64,000 bases of DNA, taken from assembly GCA_963813535.1 (NCBI GenBank), contig CAWEZH010000001.1:128001-192000 (forward strand), in the 5' to 3' direction. Below are positions 43,454 to 54,214 of the stretch, piece after piece; the stretch's first letter is position 1; every line of letters starts with the position of its first letter. The notes below the pieces were generated by a model that made no database searches, was not told the origin of the DNA, and saw only the letters and a program-made list of their open reading frames with translations. The DNA is from an uncultured Chloroflexia bacterium. GTDB lineage: Bacteria; Chloroflexota; Limnocylindria; Limnocylindrales; CSP1-4. Both the position numbers and the translations under genes were made by a program.

Positions 43454-44455
43454 ATGGCCTACAACCTCAGGAACCGCAGCTTCCTGACGCTGCTCGACTT
43501 CTCGCCTCGCGAGATCCGCTTCCTGCTGAAATTGTCGGCCGACCTGAAGGCGGCGAAGTACGCGGGGTACGAGCGGCAGCGCCTCAGCGGCAAGAACATC
43601 GCGATCATCTTCGAGAAGTCGTCGACCCGGACGAGGGTCGCCTTCGAGGTCGCGGCGTACGACCAGGGCGCGCACGTCACGTACCTCGGCCCGAGTGGCA
43701 CGCAGATCGGCCACAAGGAGTCGATGAAGGACACCGCCCGGGTGCTCGGCCGGATCTTCGACGGGATCGAGTACCGCGGCTTCGCCCAGGAGACGGTCAA
43801 GGACCTCGCCGATTTTGCCGGCGTGCCGGTGTGGAACGGGCTGACCGACGAGTTCCATCCGACACAGATCCTGGCCGACTTCCTGACCATGTCCGAGCAC
43901 TCGGACAAGCCCTTCTCCCAGATCGCGTTCTGCTACCTCGGCGACGCGCGCAACAACATGGGCGATTCGCTCATGATCGGCGGCGCCAAGCTCGGGATGG
44001 ACGTCCGACTCTGCGCGCCGAAGCACCTGTGGCCGGACCCGGACCTCGTCAAGACGTGTCGTGAGGTGGCGACCCATACGGGCGCCCGTCTCACACTGAC
44101 CGAGGACACCGCCGAGGGCGTGAAGGGGGCGGACTTCCTGTACACGGACGTGTGGGTGTCGATGGGCGAGCCGGATTCGGCATGGGAGGAGCGCATCAAG
44201 CTGCTCAAGCCGTACCAGGTGAACGCCGAGCTGATCGAGAAGACCGGCAACCCGGCCGTCAAGTTCATGCATTGCCTGCCGGCGTTCCACGATCGCGAGA
44301 CCGAGGTCGGCGAGGAGATGTACCAGAAGTTCGGCATGGACGGCATGGAAGTCACGGACGACGTCTTCGAGTCCGAACGGGCGGTGGTGTGGGACCAGGC
44401 CGAGAACCGCATGCACACCATCAAGGCCGTCATGGTCGCCACGATCGGCGCCTGA
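43454..44455 (+). CDS. arcB: Ornithine carbamoyltransferase (catabolic by context)
   Basis: STRTR, HPTQ, DVWVSMG, HCLP. Confidence 0.95.
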   Translation: MAYNLRNRSFLTLLDFSPREIRFLLKLSADLKAAKYAGYERQRLSGKNIAIIFEKSSTRTRVAFEVAAYDQGAHVTYLGPSGTQIGHKESMKDTARVLGRIFDGIEYRGFAQETVKDLADFAGVPVWNGLTDEFHPTQILADFLTMSEHSDKPFSQIAFCYLGDARNNMGDSLMIGGAKLGMDVRLCAPKHLWPDPDLVKTCREVATHTGARLTLTEDTAEGVKGADFLYTDVWVSMGEPDSAWEERIKLLKPYQVNAELIEKTGNPAVKFMHCLPAFHDRETEVGEEMYQKFGMDGMEVTDDVFESERAVVWDQAENRMHTIKAVMVATIGA

Positions 44456-44464
44456 GGAGGCCCG

Positions 44465-45401
44465 GTGCGGATCGTCGTCGCGCTCGGCGGAAATGCCCTG
44501 CTCAGGCGGGGTGAACCGATGACGGCCGGCCACCAGCGCGCCAACGTGCGAGTCGCCGCGCAGGCGCTGGCCCAGGTCGCGCAAGAGCACGAGCTGGTCG
44601 TCTCTCACGGCAACGGCCCGCAGGTCGGGCTGCTCGCATTGCAGGGGGCTGCCTACAAGGACGTCGAGGCCTACCCCCTCGATGTCCTTGGGGCCGAGAC
44701 CCAGGGCATGATCGGCTACCTGGTCGAGCAGGAGCTCGGCAATCTCCTGCCCTTCGAGCGGCCTCTCGCCACGCTCCTGACGATGGTCGAAGTCGACCCG
44801 GACGACCCGGCATTCCATGATCCGACGAAGTTCGTCGGCCCGATCTACGACGAGGCGACGGCGCGCACGCTCGCCGCCGACAAGGGCTGGGTCGTGAAGC
44901 CGGACGGTGAGCACTGGCGGCGGGTCGTCCCGTCGCCGCGACCCCAGCGCATCTTCGAGATCCGCCCGATGCGCTGGCTGCTCGACCAGGGTGCCGTGGT
45001 GATCTGCGCCGGCGGTGGCGGCATCCCCACGATGTACGCGCCTGACGACGACCGTCGCCTGGTCGGCGTGGAGGCCGTCATCGACAAGGACCTCGCCAGC
45101 AGCCTCTTGGCACGCGACCTCGACGCCGACCTGTACGTGATGGCCACCGATGTCGACGGCGTCTACGTCGACTGGGGGAAGCCGACGCAGTCGCGACTCG
45201 AGCATGTGACGCCCGGACGAACTCGATGCGATCGAATTCCCCGCCGGGTCGATGGGTCCCAAGGTCGGCGCCGCGACCGAATTCGTCCGGGCCACGGGAC
45301 GGCGCGCGGCGATCGGGTCACTCGAACAGATCGAGGGACTCGTAGCGGGGACGGCAGGAACGAACGTCGCGTTGGCGAAGGTAGGAGCGACCCATGGCTG
45401 A
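44465..45401 (+). CDS. arcC: Carbamate kinase, frameshifted near 45213
   Basis: [26 protein letters not shown]; [10 protein letters not shown] restored by deleting one C. Confidence 0.9.
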
Positions 45402-46656
45402 GCTCGGCGTCCACTCCGAAGTCGGCAAGCTCCGACGCGTCATCGTCCATCGCCCCGACCTCAGCCTGAAGCGCCTCACGCCGGGCAACCACGATGAGCT
45501 GCTCTTCGACGACGTGTTGTGGGTGGAGCGTGCCCAGTGGGAGCACGACCAGTTCGTCGCCCGGATGCGCGAACGCGGTGTCGAAGTCCTCTACGTCCAG
45601 GACCTGCTGACCGAGGCGCTTGCGGCGAGCGACAACGGACGGCATCGCCTCATCGAGCTCGTCGCGTCCGAGGCCGTCGTCGGTCCCAGCCTCGTCGACG
45701 AGGTGCGGGCGTGCCTGGCGGGCCTCGCCCCCGATGACCTGGCACGACATCTCATCGGTGGTCTCACGGTGGCCGAGTCGGGGCTCGACCTGGGACGGCT
45801 GTCCAAGTCGTCGCTGATCGGCGCCGCGATCGACGACGACTCGACCTTCGTGCTGCCGCCGTTGCCGAACTCGCTGTTCACCCGTGATTCATCCTGCTGG
45901 ATCTACGGCGGCGTCTCGATCAATCCGATGTACTGGCCTGCGCGTCGGCGCGAGGCCTACAACATGGGCGCGATCTACCGCGCCCATCCGATGTTCAAGG
46001 ATGCCGAGTTCGACTTCTGGTACCCGGCGATGGGCGATGACGACCGCTTCCGCCTCGAGGACTTCGGGCGAGCGTCGCTTGAGGGCGGTGACGTCGAGAT
46101 CATCGGCAATGGCACCGTGGCGATCGGCATGTCCGAGCGCACGACGGGACGGATGATCGAGCAGATCGCCAAGGCGTTGTTCGCCAGCGAGGCGGCCGAA
46201 CGCGTCATCGCCGCGGTCATGACCAAGGACCGCGCCCACATGCACCTCGACACCGTGTTCACGCTTCTCGACCGCGACAAGGCCACCGCCTTTCCGAAGG
46301 TCGTCGAGGGCATCCGAGCGATCAGCCTGCGCCCCGGGTCCAAGCCCGGCACGCTCGACGTCCGCCCCGACAAGGACTTCGTGTCGGCGGTCGCCGACGC
46401 TCTCGGTGTCCCCAAGCTGCACGTCGTCGAGACGGGTGGGGACGCCTATCAGCAGGCCCGCGAGCAGTGGGACGACGGCAACAACGTCGTGGCGCTCGAG
46501 CCCGGTGTGGTCGTGGCATACGAACGGAACACCTTCACGATCTCGAAGATGCGGGAAGCCGGGGTCGAGGTCATCACCATCGAGGGCTTCGAGCTCGGCA
46601 AGGGTCGCGGCGGAGGGCACTGCATGACCTGCCCCGTCATCCGCGATCCGCTCTAG
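45394..46656 (+). CDS. arcA: Arginine deiminase
   Basis: [35 protein letters not shown]. Confidence 0.96.
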   Translation: MAELGVHSEVGKLRRVIVHRPDLSLKRLTPGNHDELLFDDVLWVERAQWEHDQFVARMRERGVEVLYVQDLLTEALAASDNGRHRLIELVASEAVVGPSLVDEVRACLAGLAPDDLARHLIGGLTVAESGLDLGRLSKSSLIGAAIDDDSTFVLPPLPNSLFTRDSSCWIYGGVSINPMYWPARRREAYNMGAIYRAHPMFKDAEFDFWYPAMGDDDRFRLEDFGRASLEGGDVEIIGNGTVAIGMSERTTGRMIEQIAKALFASEAAERVIAAVMTKDRAHMHLDTVFTLLDRDKATAFPKVVEGIRAISLRPGSKPGTLDVRPDKDFVSAVADALGVPKLHVVETGGDAYQQAREQWDDGNNVVALEPGVVVAYERNTFTISKMREAGVEVITIEGFELGKGRGGGHCMTCPVIRDPL

Positions 46657-46665
46657 GTATCGGGC

Positions 46666-46803
46666 ATGGACGGTTCGACCCGCCTGATCGTGGGGGTCCT
46701 CGTCGCCGTGCTCGTCGTCGCGTTGATCGCCTTCGCCCGGGGCGAACCGCGCCACGGTGAACCCACCGCGGCGCCGAGCGCGGCCCTCGACGTGAGGATC
46801 TGA
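46666..46803 (+). CDS. 45-aa single-TM small protein (absent from ORF track)
   Basis: MDGSTRLIVGVLVAVLVVALIAFARGEPRHGEPTAAPSAALDVRI; fills the gap between arcA and the NhaC gene. Confidence 0.6.
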   Translation: MDGSTRLIVGVLVAVLVVALIAFARGEPRHGEPTAAPSAALDVRI

Positions 46804-46804
46804 G

Positions 46805-48325
46805 GTGGACGACGCCCGGACACCCCGCCCGCCGACGCTGCTCGACGCGATCATCCCCGTCATCGCCCTCGTCTTCCTCATCGGACTGACGATCGCGCTG
46901 TTCGGCACGGACGCGACCGGTGGGCCCCTACAGGTCGCGCTCCTGACGAGCGCGGTGATCGCCGGACTCATCGCGTTCAAGAATGGCTACACCGCCGCCC
47001 ATGTCCGGGAGGCCGCCGTGGGCGGCGTGTCGTCCGGCATGAGCGCGCTGTTCATCCTGCTCGCGGTCGGGTCGCTGATCGGGACGTGGAATCTCGCCGG
47101 TACGATCCCGACGGTCGTGTACTACGGCGTGGGCCTCTTGAGCGCCACGTTCTTCTATCCGGCGACCGCGCTGGTCTGCGGGCTCGTCGGACTGGCCATC
47201 GGCAGCTCATGGACGACGGCGGCGACGCTCGGCGTCGCATTCGTCGCACTGGCCCCATTGGTCGGCGCAGAGCCGGCGATCGCCGCCGGCGCGGTCATCT
47301 CGGGGGCCTACTTCGGCGACAAGATGACACCCGTATCGGAGACGACCGTCCTCGTTCCCACGATGGTCGGCAACGTGACGCCGCAGCAGCACATCTCGGC
47401 GATGGTGTGGACGTCCGGGCCCGCCGTGGCGATCGCGCTCGTCATCTTCACGATCATCGGGCTGATGACGCCCGCCTCGGGGCCGGGATTCGACCCGTCG
47501 GCGGCCCAGGCCACGCTTGCCGCCGAGTTCTCGATCTCGCCGATCAACCTCCTCCCGCTCGTCCTGCTGGTGATCTTCTCGGTCCGCAAGGTGCCCCCAT
47601 TCCTGGCGATCTTCAGTTGCGCGTTGTTCGCCGGCGTCATGGCGCTGTTCACCCAGCCCGACGTCGTGACAGCGTTCGTGGATCGGCCTGAGCTCGGCCC
47701 GCTGGCCACAGGCATCCACGCGATCTACGCCGCGATGGCGACCGGGTTCGTCTCGAATTCCGGCAACGAGACGATCGACGCCCTCTTCTCGCGCGGCGGG
47801 ATGGCCTCGATGCTCTTCACGATCTGGCTCGTGCTCGCCGCCCTGACCTATGCCGCCATCATGGAAGAGGCGGGCTTCCTCGGTCGACTGATCCGGCCGG
47901 TCATCCAGGCCGCGAAGTCGACCGGGCGGCTCATCGCGTCGGTCATCGCCACGTGCATCGGTCTCAACATCATCGCGGGCGACCAGTACGTGGCCATCGT
48001 GATGCCAAGCCGGGTCTACCGAGCAGAATTCGGTCGCCGCGGGATCGCGCCACGGATGCTGTCGCGGGCCGTCGAGGACTCGGGCACGGTCACCTCACCG
48101 CTCGTGCCGTGGAACAGCTGCGGCGCGTACATGGCGGGCGTGCTGGGCGTATCGACCATCGCCTACCTGCCGTTTTGCTTCTTCAACCTGCTGAGCCCCC
48201 TCATCTCCCTCATCTACGGCTTCACCGGTTTCAAGATCGAACACATCGAACCGACGGGTGAGGCGCCCGAGTCGGGCCCGCCCGGTCCGACCAGTCTTCA
48301 GCCGGCCGAAGGAGCGACGCCGTGA
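46805..48325 (+). CDS. NhaC-family antiporter
   Basis: GSSWTTAATLG, SGAYFGDKMTP, EDSGT, LVPWN. Confidence 0.9.
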   Translation: MDDARTPRPPTLLDAIIPVIALVFLIGLTIALFGTDATGGPLQVALLTSAVIAGLIAFKNGYTAAHVREAAVGGVSSGMSALFILLAVGSLIGTWNLAGTIPTVVYYGVGLLSATFFYPATALVCGLVGLAIGSSWTTAATLGVAFVALAPLVGAEPAIAAGAVISGAYFGDKMTPVSETTVLVPTMVGNVTPQQHISAMVWTSGPAVAIALVIFTIIGLMTPASGPGFDPSAAQATLAAEFSISPINLLPLVLLVIFSVRKVPPFLAIFSCALFAGVMALFTQPDVVTAFVDRPELGPLATGIHAIYAAMATGFVSNSGNETIDALFSRGGMASMLFTIWLVLAALTYAAIMEEAGFLGRLIRPVIQAAKSTGRLIASVIATCIGLNIIAGDQYVAIVMPSRVYRAEFGRRGIAPRMLSRAVEDSGTVTSPLVPWNSCGAYMAGVLGVSTIAYLPFCFFNLLSPLISLIYGFTGFKIEHIEPTGEAPESGPPGPTSLQPAEGATP

Positions 48326-49818
48326 CCGCGGCGACCGCCGGGGAACCCCAGCGCCGCGGATTCGCGCTGCCCTCGGCGTATACGATCCTCTTCATCCTCA
48401 TCGTGCTCGTGGCGATCCTCACGTGGATCATCCCGGCCGGCGCGTACGACGTCGACGAGAACGGGCAACCGATCCCGGGCACGTATCACCAGGTCGAGCA
48501 GAACCCGCAGCGGGTCATCGTCGACTCGCTCCTCGCGCCCATCAACGGGCTGTACGGCATCGAGAGCGCCGAGGACGGCAGCGTCAGCGTCTGGAACTCG
48601 GGCGAACTGTTCGGCGCGATCGACGTGGCGCTCTTCATCCTCGTGATCGGCGGGTTCCTCGGGGTGACGATGAAGACCGGGGCGATCCAGGGCGGCATCG
48701 CCCGGATCGTCGATCGTCTGCAAGGCCGAGAGAGCTGGCTGATCCCGATCCTGATGACCGTCTTCGCGATCGGCGGGACGACCTTCGGGATGGCCGAGGA
48801 GAGTCTCGCCTTCTACGCGCTGATCATCACGGTCATGATCGCCGCGGGATACGACGCCCTCGTGGGGGCAGCCATCATCCTGCTCGGCTGCGGCATCGGC
48901 GTCCTCGGGTCGACCATCAATCCGTTCGCGACGGGTATCGCCTCCGAGTTCGCCGGAGTATCCCTGGACGCGGGGCTCATCGGCCGCCTGGTCATCCTCG
49001 TCGCCGGGACAGCCATCGGCATCGTATTCGTGATGCGTTATGCCGCGCGGGTGAAGGCCGACCCGTCCGCCTCATTGGTCCACGAGATGCGCGCGGAGAA
49101 CGAGGCGCGGTTCAAGGCCTCCACCGGTGACGATGGGGCCGCCAGCACGATGACCGGGGCCCAGAAAGGGGTCCTGATCCTGTTCATCGCCGCGTTTGCG
49201 GTGATGATCTTCGGCGTCATCCCGTGGGAGGACCTCGGCATCGGATTGCCGACGTTGTGGTGGTGGTTCCCCGAGATGACCGCCTCGTTCCTCCTGTTCT
49301 CGATCCTCATCGCGGTCGTCGCCCGGATGTCGGAGGGCGACTTCACGTCGACGTTCATCGACGGCGCACGGGACCTGCTGGGCGTCGCGCTGATCATCGG
49401 CATCGCCCGCGGGATCACGGTGATCATGAACAACGGTCTGATCACCGATACGGTCCTCAATTCGGCGGAGCAGGCGGTCGCCGATCTCGGTGGCGTGGCC
49501 TTCGTCAACCTGATGTACCTGCTCTTCATCCCCCTCTCGTTCCTGATCCCGTCCTCGTCCGGTCTGGCGACCGTGGCGATGCCGATCATGGCCCCGTTGG
49601 CGGGTTTCGCGAACGTGCCCGCGCAGCTGGTCGTGACGGCCTATCAGAGCGCGAACGGGCTGGTCAATCTCGTCACGCCGACCTCGGCTGTCGTGATGGG
49701 TGGCCTGGCCATCGCACGTGTCGGATACGGGACATGGCTCAAGTTCGTCTGGCCGGTGCTCATCGTGCTGGCCGTCCTGACGATGGCGGTGCTCAGCGTC
49801 GCCATGCTCATCCAGTGA
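48322..49818 (+). CDS. YfcC/DcuC-family transporter (ArcD-like arginine/ornithine antiporter candidate)
   Basis: TWIIPAGAY, GMAEE, NPFATGIA, IPSSSG, TPTS. Confidence 0.9.
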   Translation: MTAATAGEPQRRGFALPSAYTILFILIVLVAILTWIIPAGAYDVDENGQPIPGTYHQVEQNPQRVIVDSLLAPINGLYGIESAEDGSVSVWNSGELFGAIDVALFILVIGGFLGVTMKTGAIQGGIARIVDRLQGRESWLIPILMTVFAIGGTTFGMAEESLAFYALIITVMIAAGYDALVGAAIILLGCGIGVLGSTINPFATGIASEFAGVSLDAGLIGRLVILVAGTAIGIVFVMRYAARVKADPSASLVHEMRAENEARFKASTGDDGAASTMTGAQKGVLILFIAAFAVMIFGVIPWEDLGIGLPTLWWWFPEMTASFLLFSILIAVVARMSEGDFTSTFIDGARDLLGVALIIGIARGITVIMNNGLITDTVLNSAEQAVADLGGVAFVNLMYLLFIPLSFLIPSSSGLATVAMPIMAPLAGFANVPAQLVVTAYQSANGLVNLVTPTSAVVMGGLAIARVGYGTWLKFVWPVLIVLAVLTMAVLSVAMLIQ

Positions 49819-49867
49819 ACGCTGCAACGACGGGCCCAGGGCTCGGACGCACGGAGGGACACGTTCG

Positions 49868-52621
49868 ATGACCGATCAAACGACCGCTGGGCCAAGCACT
49901 GAGATCGCCTGGCATGCGCTCGACCCAGCAGCCGCGCTCGAGCGGCAGGGCGTCACCGCCGATCAGGGATTGACCAGCGCCGAAGTCGAGACGCGCCGCG
50001 CCAAGTTCGGACCCAACAAGTTCGCCGAGCCGCCCACGGAACCGCGCTGGCAGGCGTTCCTGCGCCAGTACCGCGATCCCATGCAGATCGTGTTGCTGGC
50101 GGCCGGCGTCCTGAGCCTGTTCCTGCCCGGTCAGATCGCGACCGGGGTGGTCCTCATCGGGCTGACGCTGCTCAACGCCGCGATGGGTCTCAGCCAGGAG
50201 GGCAAGGCGTCTGCGAGCGTCGCTGCTCTCCAGAAGATGATGGTGGTCAACGCGAAGGTCCGCCGGGACGCGGCGCTCGCGACCCTGCCGATGGAGCAGC
50301 TCGTGCCCGGCGACATCGTCAACATCGAGGCGGGCGACCTCGTCCCCGCCGACGGGCGATTGCTCACGGCGGCGACGCTCGAGATCGACGAATCGGCCTT
50401 GACCGGCGAGAGCGTCCCCGTGCCCAAGCAGGTCGACGCAGTCGCCGCGGACTCAGCGCTTGGCGACCGGATCGACCTCGCCTTCATGAATACCCAGGTC
50501 ACGCGAGGAGCCGGCACGCTGCTCGTGACCAACACCGGCATGGCGACCGAGGTCGGGCATATCAGCGGCATGCTCCAGGTCACCGAGGACGAGATCACGC
50601 CGCTCACCCGCCAGCTCAACCGGCTGACCAATCAGATCCTCGTCATCGCGGGAGTCGCCCTGCTCATCTCGATCGGACTGGGCCTGTGGCGGAACACCCC
50701 GATCGACGAACTGTTCCTGACCGCCATCGCGTTCTCCGTCTCGGCCATCCCGACCGGTCTGCCGGCGGTCGTCACGGCCATCCTGTCGATGGGCACGACC
50801 CAGCTCGCCTCCGCCGGCGCCATCGTCAAGCGACTTCGCTCGGTCGAGACGCTGGGTTCGACGTCCGCCATCAACTCGGACAAGACGGGCACGTTGACCC
50901 TCAACCAGATGACCGCCGTCCAGATGGCGGTCGTCGGTCATCGCTATGCGATCTCGGGCGAGGGCTACGCGACCGAGGGCACGATCGCCCATGTCGGTGG
51001 CGAGCCCGACGTGTCGGTCGACCACTTCTACCTGCCGATGGCCCTGTGCGCCGATGCCGAGGTCAAGGACGGCACCCTGGTCGGCGACCCGACCGAGGGG
51101 GCGCTCGTCGTCCTCGCGGCGAAGGGTGGCGTCGATCCTACGCTCACCCGAGAGCGATACCCGCGGGTCGCGACGCTGCCGTTCGATGCCGCGTACAAGT
51201 TCATGGCCACGTTCCACCGGATGACGGATGCGTCCGGCAAGGACGTCATCCGCTGCTACGTCAAGGGGGCGCCGGACCAGCTCCTCGCCCGCGCCCGTGC
51301 GGCGATGGGCCCGGACGGTCAGACCTACCCTGTCGACCGAGTCCGCGAGCCCTATCTCGCGGAGAACGAACGACTCGGAGCCCTGGGCCTGCGCGTCTTG
51401 GCCACCGCCCAGCGCGACTTCGACCCTGCCACGTTCGACCCGAAGGCCGACCTGCTGCCGCTCGTCTCGGATCTCGACCTGCTCGCGGTGGTCGGCATCG
51501 TCGACCCGCCGCGCGCCGAGGCCCGTGACGCGATCACCAAGGCCAAGTCCGCCGGGATCCAGGTCCGGATGATCACCGGCGACCACGCGATCACCGCCGA
51601 GGCCATCGCACGCCAGCTGGGCATCGAAGGTCAGGCGATGACGGGAGCCGAATTCGCCGCCATGTCGGACGACGAGGCTGATCGCCGGATCGACGATATC
51701 GGGGTCATCGCCCGGGTCGCACCCGAAGACAAGGTCCACCTGGTCGAGATCCTGCGTCGAAAGGGCCACATCGTGGCCATGACCGGCGACGGCGTGAATG
51801 ACGCGCCCGCTCTCAAGAAGGCCGACATCGGCGTGGCCATGGGCATCACCGGCACCGAGGTCTCCAAGGAGGCCGCCGTGATGATCCTGACGGATGACAA
51901 CTTCGCCACGATCGTGCATGCGGTCGAACAGGGTCGCGCGTTGTACGACAACCTCATGCGCTACATCCGATTCCAGATGGCCAGCCTGTTCGCCTTCATC
52001 GGGACGTTCCTCGGAGCGAGCATCTTCAACATCCTCGGCGGGGTGCCGTTCCTGCCACTCCAGACCCTCTGGATCAACTTCACGGTAACGGTCTTCCAGG
52101 CCGTCGGTCTCGGCTACAGCAAGCCCAGGGCCGGCCTCATGGCAGACCAGCCCCGACCGAAGGACCAGCCGATCCTCCCGCGCCCACTCGCCCTGTGGCT
52201 GCTGTTCGTCGGTCTCGTGTTCGCCGCCGCCACGCTCGCGCTCATCGTCTGGGCTACCGACGCGTACGACGAGTCCGTCGCCCACACGATGGCCCTCGTG
52301 ACGTTCTCGCTGTTCCACCTGTTCTTCTCGCTCGAGACAGCGGACGAGAACCGCACGATCTTCAGCAGCGAGCTCCTGGAGAACACAGCGCTTCTGAAGG
52401 CCTCTGCGGCATCGCTGCTCTCGGTCTTCCTCGCGACCACCTTCGGCCCGTTGCAGCGGCTGCTCGATACCGTCGAGATCACCGTCGAGCAATGGGCCAT
52501 CTGCATCCTGGTCGCGGCGTCGATCATCGTGGTGGCCGAGATCCGCAAGTTCCTGCGGCGCCAGCGCGTCGTCGATGCGGGCCCGGTCACGCAACCCGAA
52601 CTCGCCAGCCAGCCGTCGTGA
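49868..52621 (+). CDS. Cation-transporting P-type ATPase (type II)
   Basis: TGES, DKTGT, KGAP, TGD, GDGVNDAP. Confidence 0.95.
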   Translation: MTDQTTAGPSTEIAWHALDPAAALERQGVTADQGLTSAEVETRRAKFGPNKFAEPPTEPRWQAFLRQYRDPMQIVLLAAGVLSLFLPGQIATGVVLIGLTLLNAAMGLSQEGKASASVAALQKMMVVNAKVRRDAALATLPMEQLVPGDIVNIEAGDLVPADGRLLTAATLEIDESALTGESVPVPKQVDAVAADSALGDRIDLAFMNTQVTRGAGTLLVTNTGMATEVGHISGMLQVTEDEITPLTRQLNRLTNQILVIAGVALLISIGLGLWRNTPIDELFLTAIAFSVSAIPTGLPAVVTAILSMGTTQLASAGAIVKRLRSVETLGSTSAINSDKTGTLTLNQMTAVQMAVVGHRYAISGEGYATEGTIAHVGGEPDVSVDHFYLPMALCADAEVKDGTLVGDPTEGALVVLAAKGGVDPTLTRERYPRVATLPFDAAYKFMATFHRMTDASGKDVIRCYVKGAPDQLLARARAAMGPDGQTYPVDRVREPYLAENERLGALGLRVLATAQRDFDPATFDPKADLLPLVSDLDLLAVVGIVDPPRAEARDAITKAKSAGIQVRMITGDHAITAEAIARQLGIEGQAMTGAEFAAMSDDEADRRIDDIGVIARVAPEDKVHLVEILRRKGHIVAMTGDGVNDAPALKKADIGVAMGITGTEVSKEAAVMILTDDNFATIVHAVEQGRALYDNLMRYIRFQMASLFAFIGTFLGASIFNILGGVPFLPLQTLWINFTVTVFQAVGLGYSKPRAGLMADQPRPKDQPILPRPLALWLLFVGLVFAAATLALIVWATDAYDESVAHTMALVTFSLFHLFFSLETADENRTIFSSELLENTALLKASAASLLSVFLATTFGPLQRLLDTVEITVEQWAICILVAASIIVVAEIRKFLRRQRVVDAGPVTQPELASQPS

Positions 52622-52664
52622 TGCGCTGACGCATGCGTGACGACCGCGAGCAGCTGACGGCCGC

Positions 52665-54173
52665 GTGAGCGCGATCATCCCGCGCTGGGAATGGCGCACC
52701 TTCGGCCAGCGGTTCGGCCCTGCCGAAGCCGCCTTCGCGGCCATGACGTCGACGGGCGTCCAGGAGAGCGACGAGCAGTACCTAATCTCGGAGGACGGCG
52801 ACACCGTCAAGGTCCGCGGCGGTCTCATGGACGTCAAGCGCCTTCGCGAGGTCGACGCGCATGGCCTCCAGCGATGGGAACCCGTGCTCAAAGCGGAGTT
52901 CCCGATCTCGATGAGCGATGTCGCGACCGTGTTCGAGGCGCTCAACGTCACGCCACCTGCGCTCGAACGGGACAGCTACACGCTCGACCAGTTCCTCGAG
53001 GAGGTCATCGGCACTGCCGGTCCGGTGCGTCCGGTGAACGTGCACAAGCGCCGTGTCCGGTACGCCGTCAACGGATGCACCTCTGAAGTGACGGACGTGG
53101 TGATCGACGGGCGAGACGTCCGGACGATCGCCATCGAGTCCCCGGACGCCGCGGCGGTGGTGGAGGCGGTCCGCCAAGTCGGTCTCGAGGGCTTCGTCAA
53201 CACGAGCTATCCGAAGGGGCTGGCCGCTGTCCTCGACGGGCGACCGCCCCGCTACGCCGTTATCGACGTCGGGACCAACTCGGTCAAGTTCCACGTCGCG
53301 GAGCGCGACGGGTCGAAGGCCTGGCACCGAGTCGTCGACCGGGCTGTCGTGACGCGTCTCGGCGAGGGTCTGGTCGACGGTGGCGACATCGGCGACGAGC
53401 CGCGGGATCGCACCGCTACAGCCATCGCCGGGATGGTCGACGAGGCGATGGATCTCGACGTCGTCGCCATCGCGGCAGTGGGCACCGCCGGACTCCGCGC
53501 CGCCGGAAACAGCTTGAAGGTCATCGATGCCTTTCGTACGCGTGCCGGCGTCACCGTGACGACGATCACAGGCGAGGAGGAGGGCCGCCTGGCGTACTTG
53601 GCGGCGATCCAGCGGAACGGGCACCCGGAGGGTTCGGTGGCGGTCCTCGATACCGGCGGCGGCAGCTCGCAGTTCACGTTCGGATCCGATACGCGCGTCG
53701 ACGAGCGGTTCAGCCTGCCGGTCGGCGCGGTGCGCTACACGGAGAGGTTCGGGCTCGCCGGCGCCGTCAAGGCCGACGTCCTCTCAGAGGCGCGTGCCGC
53801 GATCGATGCCGACCTCGCCCGCATCGATGGCCGGCCGGCGCCGGACCGTCTCATCGCGATGGGTGGCGTCGTGACGAATCTCGCCGCGATCAAGCTCGGG
53901 CTCGCGACGTACGACCCGGACATCGTCAACAAGAGCGTCCTCGACCGCGCGGGCATCGATGAGCAGATCGAGCTCTTCCGTGGCCAGGATGCCGACTCGA
54001 GACGGACGATCGTCGGCATGCAGCCAGCTCGTGCCGACGTGATCTTGGCCGGGGCCTGCATCGTCCGGGCGGTCATGGACAAGCTGGGACAGGACGCGTT
54101 GACGGTGTGCGACCGGGGCCTGCGCCACGGCCTGCTCGACGAACGGTTCGGAGCCGCCTCGGGCGTCGAATAG
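52665..54173 (+). CDS. Ppx/GppA phosphatase with an N-terminal CYTH-like domain
   Basis: IDVGTNS, GEEEGRL, DTGGGS, RADVI, GLRHG; N-terminal WEWRTF and VHKRR. Confidence 0.8.
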   Translation: MSAIIPRWEWRTFGQRFGPAEAAFAAMTSTGVQESDEQYLISEDGDTVKVRGGLMDVKRLREVDAHGLQRWEPVLKAEFPISMSDVATVFEALNVTPPALERDSYTLDQFLEEVIGTAGPVRPVNVHKRRVRYAVNGCTSEVTDVVIDGRDVRTIAIESPDAAAVVEAVRQVGLEGFVNTSYPKGLAAVLDGRPPRYAVIDVGTNSVKFHVAERDGSKAWHRVVDRAVVTRLGEGLVDGGDIGDEPRDRTATAIAGMVDEAMDLDVVAIAAVGTAGLRAAGNSLKVIDAFRTRAGVTVTTITGEEEGRLAYLAAIQRNGHPEGSVAVLDTGGGSSQFTFGSDTRVDERFSLPVGAVRYTERFGLAGAVKADVLSEARAAIDADLARIDGRPAPDRLIAMGGVVTNLAAIKLGLATYDPDIVNKSVLDRAGIDEQIELFRGQDADSRRTIVGMQPARADVILAGACIVRAVMDKLGQDALTVCDRGLRHGLLDERFGAASGVE

Positions 54174-54214
54174 GCGCGGCTTCGCCGCGCAGGTCCCTCG
54201 CCGGCCCCGTCACG

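Noticed and set aside
50453-52951. Long antisense or alternate-frame ORFs (e.g. 832 aa here, 29169-31079, 34516-36612, 1068-3179)
   Set aside because: Shadow ORFs typical of high-GC DNA; they overlap well-supported genes and lack recognisable motifs.
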